Source: Desulfobaccales bacterium
GTDB lineage: Bacteria; Desulfobacterota; Desulfobaccia; Desulfobaccales; 0-14-0-80-60-11
Assembly: GCA_052147455.1 (NCBI GenBank)
Contig: JBKQKO010000009.1
Location: forward strand, 6,699 to 70,698
Direction: 5' to 3'
DNA length: 64,000 nucleotides
Shown here: piece by piece, positions 62,650-64,000 of the stretch
Layout of the letters: each line of letters opens with the position of its first letter
How positions within the stretch are numbered: the first letter of the stretch is position 1
Notes under the pieces: generated by a model
Told to the model about the DNA's origin: nothing
Seen by the model: only the letters and a program-made list of their open reading frames with translations
Databases searched by the model: none
Translations under genes and position numbers: made by a program

Positions 62650-63291
62650 ATGGACAAGAGAGTAGAGCAGATCCAAGAGGCCGTGGTGAATGGCAAACAT
62701 AAGGAGATCGAAGGCCTGGTAGAAACCGCAATTAAAGACCGAATCGACCTGAATAGCATAATTAACGAAGGCCTGATCGAGGCTATGGATATTGTGGGGA
62801 GAAAATTCGGGACCGGGGAGATCTATGTTCCGGAGATGCTCGTTGCCGCGGCCACCATGAAGAAGGGCCTGGCGATCATCCAGCCTTTGCTCAAAGGGAA
62901 AGCCTCCCAGCCCAAGGGCACTGTGGTTATGTGCACCGTAAAAGGCGATCTCCATGATATCGGGAAAAATTTGGTAAGTATGATGCTCGAAGGCGCAGGC
63001 TTCCGGGTAAATGACCTCGGAGTGGATCTGAGCGCGGAAAAACTCGTCGATGCAGTGACCGAGATCAAGCCGGAGGTGCTCGGTCTTTCCGCCCTGCTCA
63101 CCACTACTATGCCCGAGATGCAGCGGGTGATCGCGACATTCCAGGAAAGAGGATTGCGGGGCAGCGTCCAGATTATGGTCGGAGGCGCTCCGGTGGACGC
63201 CAAATTCGCCACGAAGATCGGCGCCGACGGGTACGCCAAGGATGCCGCCGAAGCGGTTCAATTGGCTAAAAGACTGATCGGCCTGAATTGA
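62650..63291 (+). CDS. Corrinoid (B12)-binding protein
   Basis: B12-binding cap helix region, then DxHxxG as VKGDLHDIGKNLV, plus SALLTTTM and VGGAP. Confidence 0.85.
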   Translation: MDKRVEQIQEAVVNGKHKEIEGLVETAIKDRIDLNSIINEGLIEAMDIVGRKFGTGEIYVPEMLVAAATMKKGLAIIQPLLKGKASQPKGTVVMCTVKGDLHDIGKNLVSMMLEGAGFRVNDLGVDLSAEKLVDAVTEIKPEVLGLSALLTTTMPEMQRVIATFQERGLRGSVQIMVGGAPVDAKFATKIGADGYAKDAAEAVQLAKRLIGLN

Positions 63292-63403
63292 TCCGCCCAA
63301 GGGTCCCGGGGGCGTTTTTGCTTTTCGCCTTCAGGAACGATGGCGGAGGGGTGATTCCAGATCCTTGGAACAATCCGGATAATTGGCTGAGGTGACCCAG
63401 GTT

Positions 63404-64000
63404 ATGGAGTATCCAAAATTCGGTTTGATTCGACAAAAATTCGAAAAAACGATTTCCTCCGATCCCCGCACTTTGGTAAGGAGAGAACTGGAGCGATCGG
63501 ACCTCCTGGCCCCCATTCGGAGGGGTGATCAGGTATTGATCACGGCCGGCAGCCGCGGCATCGAATCAATGAACGAGGTGCTCCGAACCTGCATTGAAGC
63601 AGTGAAGGAACATGGCGGCGCGCCCTTTCTCTACCCGGCAATGGGCAGTCATGGCCGGGGAGATGCTGAAGGGCAAGTGGAGGTCCTGCGGCACCTGGGC
63701 ATTACGGAAGCAAATTTGGGCGCGCCGGTTTATTCGGGGTTGGACCTGGTCGAGATTGACCGGGTGCTCGACTCGGTTCCAGTCTATGCCGACAGAGCTG
63801 CCGTAAATGCCGATCACATCTTAATCGTGAATCGGGTAAAGGAACATACGGAATACCTGGGGGAAACGGAGTCCGGAATTCTGAAGATGGCAGTGGTGGG
63901 ATTCGGCCGGCAGCTCGGGGCCGAAACTATGCATAAGCTGGCCGTCAACCTTACCTACCTCAAGGCAATTCACCCTATCGCAGCTTCTCTGTTCAAGCAT
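63404..64000 (+). CDS. LarA-N-terminal-like (DUF2088 / lactate-racemase-domain) protein; 3' end outside window
   Basis: The ORF is open to the window edge and absent from the ORF track. ITAGSRGI, PAMGSHGRGDAEGQ, NRVKEHTEYLGETESGILKM resemble this family as I recall it. Confidence 0.45.
   Translation, partial: MEYPKFGLIRQKFEKTISSDPRTLVRRELERSDLLAPIRRGDQVLITAGSRGIESMNEVLRTCIEAVKEHGGAPFLYPAMGSHGRGDAEGQVEVLRHLGITEANLGAPVYSGLDLVEIDRVLDSVPVYADRAAVNADHILIVNRVKEHTEYLGETESGILKMAVVGFGRQLGAETMHKLAVNLTYLKAIHPIAASLFKH

Overview
This is a high-GC bacterial chromosomal segment. I infer from gene content, not from any search, that it comes from an anaerobic Desulfobacterota or deltaproteobacterial-type organism. 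Core genes: a Pat-like acyl-CoA synthetase/GNAT (5' truncated by the window), a ferredoxin, glmM, coaX, queH, sucCD, gpmA and a PAS/histidine-kinase signalling operon. There is also a Wood-Ljungdahl-type metF-metV-mvhD-hdrA-metF' cluster with hdrCB nearby; mvhD needs an in-frame UGA, probably selenocysteine. Further core genes are larE, mpl, ddl, ispDF, an envelope-lipid neighbourhood (arnD-like, arnT-like, hpnH-hpnA-shc), lon, two CNNM/TlyC paralogues and larC. A lower-GC corrinoid methyltransferase locus lies at the right end. Intergenic DNA is saturated with several families of GC-rich hairpin (REP-like) repeats and heptanucleotide tandem repeats. Three clearly AT-richer insertions stand out. 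(i) 41.8-45.5 kb is bounded by ~100-bp direct repeats and encodes a decayed higB with intact higA, a Cys-rich ORF, a beta-CASP metallo-beta-lactamase nuclease, a PD-(D/E)XK-like protein and a small SDAD-repeat protein. This is my best candidate for an undescribed defence-type system. (ii) 36.3-37.1 kb holds a single AbiV-like HEPN gene. (iii) 28.1-31.0 kb holds a Tat-signal flavoprotein plus a zinc-ribbon polytopic membrane protein. I recognised no rRNA, tRNA, CRISPR array, integrase or transposase. All calls rest on reading motifs in the supplied translations and on by-eye alignment. No database search or computation was possible.
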